This document shows, piece by piece, positions 62,160-64,000 of a stretch of DNA of 64,000 nucleotides. Each line of letters begins with the position of its first letter. The stretch's first letter is position 1. Both the position numbers and the translations under genes were made by a program. Source of the DNA: Eledone cirrhosa (lineage: Eukaryota); NCBI GenBank assembly GCA_964016885.1, contig OZ024740.1:235476001-235540000 (forward strand), written 5' to 3'. The notes beneath the pieces are model-generated. The model did no database searches, had not been told where the DNA came from, and saw only the letters and a program-made list of their open reading frames with translations.

Positions 62160-64000
62160 GGTTCCGCACACGTTCCCACAGTCATCTAAATGCACTACTT
62201 GACTTTGCCAGTCTTTTGTTGATTTCCTTGTCGATCTTGGCATCTGATGTAATGGTGCACCCCAACTAGGTGAACTGGTGGATTGTTTTCAGTTCAGTCT
62301 TGCGAATGGTGATATGGATGGGTGGGTGGTCTTCCTGAGGTTCAGGCTGGTGGAGTACCTCTGTTTTCTTTAAGTTGACTTCCAGCCCCAAAAGCTGGGC
62401 AACCTCTTTAAATTAGGAAGTGATGCACTTCAATGCTTTTTGTTTGGGTAATAAAAGCAATATCGTCAGATCAGTTCTCCCATGGTTTTTGTGTGGACCT
62501 GTAGCGATGAAGATTAAATGGGCTGCAATCAAGAAGTTATGTGTTGTAGACTCTGTCCTCATCATCAAGATTTTCTGTTGCCTGCTTGAACATCATGCTG
62601 AAGAAGATGGTGAAGAGAGTCGATGCTATGACGCAACCCTGCTTCACTCCGTTGATGATCGGGAAGGGCTCTAAGAGGTCACTACTGAGTCTGACATGGC
62701 CATGCTGGTCTTCGTGTAGCTGGATGACCATGTTCAGGAACTTTAGGGGACAACCAAGTCATTCCATGATCTGCCACATTCCTTTTCTGCTCACTGTATC
62801 GAATACTCTAGTCAAGTCAATGAACGCCACATATAGCCATTTATTTTGCTCCTGGCACTTCTCTTGGAGTTGCATAAGAACAAACACCATGTCTGTGGTA
62901 CACCTGTTGATTCTGAATCCACACTGGTTCTCTGGGAGGTGTTCTTCTGGGATGATAGGTACCAGCCTGTTTAGCAGCATCCTTGTGAGGATTTTTCCTG
63001 TGATAGAGAGCAGAGTAATCCCCCAGTAATTTGAGAGTCTGACTTTTCCCCTTTGTCCTTGTACAGGCTGATGATGACTGCATCATGGAGATCTTGTGGG
63101 AGATTGCCCTGCTCCCAGCAACATACAAAGAGCTTGTGGAGTTTTGTGTGCTATTTGCATTACACAAAGGACTCTGGACCTGATATGTAGGACCATACAC
63201 TGCTTTTAATGTTTCATAGAAGCTGCTGATGTCTCCGGTGTCTGCACACCACTGAGTTCTCTCAATAAGGCTGGTCCAACAGTTGTTCTGGATCTCTTGA
63301 AGCTTACACTGGAGGTTACTACATACGAGGCAGAATGCAGCTTTCTTCACAGGACAAGATGGTTGAGCTAAGTGAGCCTGGTGGGTGGATCTCTTCTTCA
63401 CCAGCAATTCTTGAATTTCCTTGTTGTTTTCATCAAACCAGTCTTTGTTCTTCTTTGAGGTGAACACAAGGACTTCGACAGATGCCTGTAGAATGGCATT
63501 TTTCAGATGTTCCCAAAGTATTTCTGGAGAGGGATCTGTGGGAATGCTCGCATCTTCAAGACCCAATTGAAGGACTGCCTGGAAGTCAGCTTTCACTTCA
63601 GCTGACTGGAAACTGCCAACCTTGAACTTTTTCCTGGGGGGCCCCTCCATTCTTTGATTTGAGTTTAAAGTGGAGCTTGAGTTTGCAGTGTACGAGGTGA
63701 TGGTTGGTGTGACATTCCACACTTAGCTTCACTGTAGTATGCAAGATGTCTTTCAGGTCACACCAGCACACTAGAATATAATCAATGAAGAGCCGGTATT
63801 TGGATCGAGGATGCATCCAGGTTGTTTTCAAACTGTTCTTCTGCAGGAAGATGGTGTTTGTGATGACGAGTTAATCTTCTGCGTAGAACTTCAACAACAA
63901 GCATCCATTCTCATTGCAGTTACCAATGCCATGTCTCCCAAGCACTCCCTTCCAAGTTACAGAATTTTGGCCCACTCTGGTGTTGAAATCACTAAGGATT
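62160..64000 (-). pseudogene. Decayed RTE-BovB-clade LINE (APE end plus RT)
   Basis: WMHPRSK...IDYILV...TNHHLV; LPENQCGFR...TTDMVF...LQEKCQEQ...AFIDLTRVFDTV; GVKQGCVIASTLF; multiple frameshifts. Confidence 0.85.

Overview
AT-rich, repeat-dense eukaryotic DNA. The SINE/LINE repertoire and very long (TA)n tracts look cephalopod (octopus-like); this is inference. No host gene can be called with confidence: there are only two candidate small exons on the minus strand. Most ORF-track entries are translations of microsatellites. Real coding remnants are all mobile elements: a 5'-truncated Penelope-like element (RT thumb plus GIY-YIG, 2260-4795), a 5'-truncated RTE LINE with one long open frame and a PHD finger inside its RT (10746-13655), many RTE, CR1, RTE-BovB and R4/Dong fragments, a decayed Gypsy gag-pol, a mariner remnant, MITEs, two non-autonomous Helitrons and about 25 tRNA-derived SINE copies. 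The main hidden signal is a dense set of type I hammerhead ribozyme motifs from roughly 8-9 unrelated sequence families, nearly all within or beside (TA)n tracts. Two families are non-coding, circularly permuted units of about 333 and 420 nt, consistent with non-LTR retrozymes (circRNA-forming elements), and both carry an ATGCAAAT octamer upstream of the ribozyme. Other families have non-canonical cores (CCGAnGA, CAGAAGA), and many copies are fold-back palindromes whose junction lies in ribozyme stem II. All coordinates were read by eye and may be off by a few bases.
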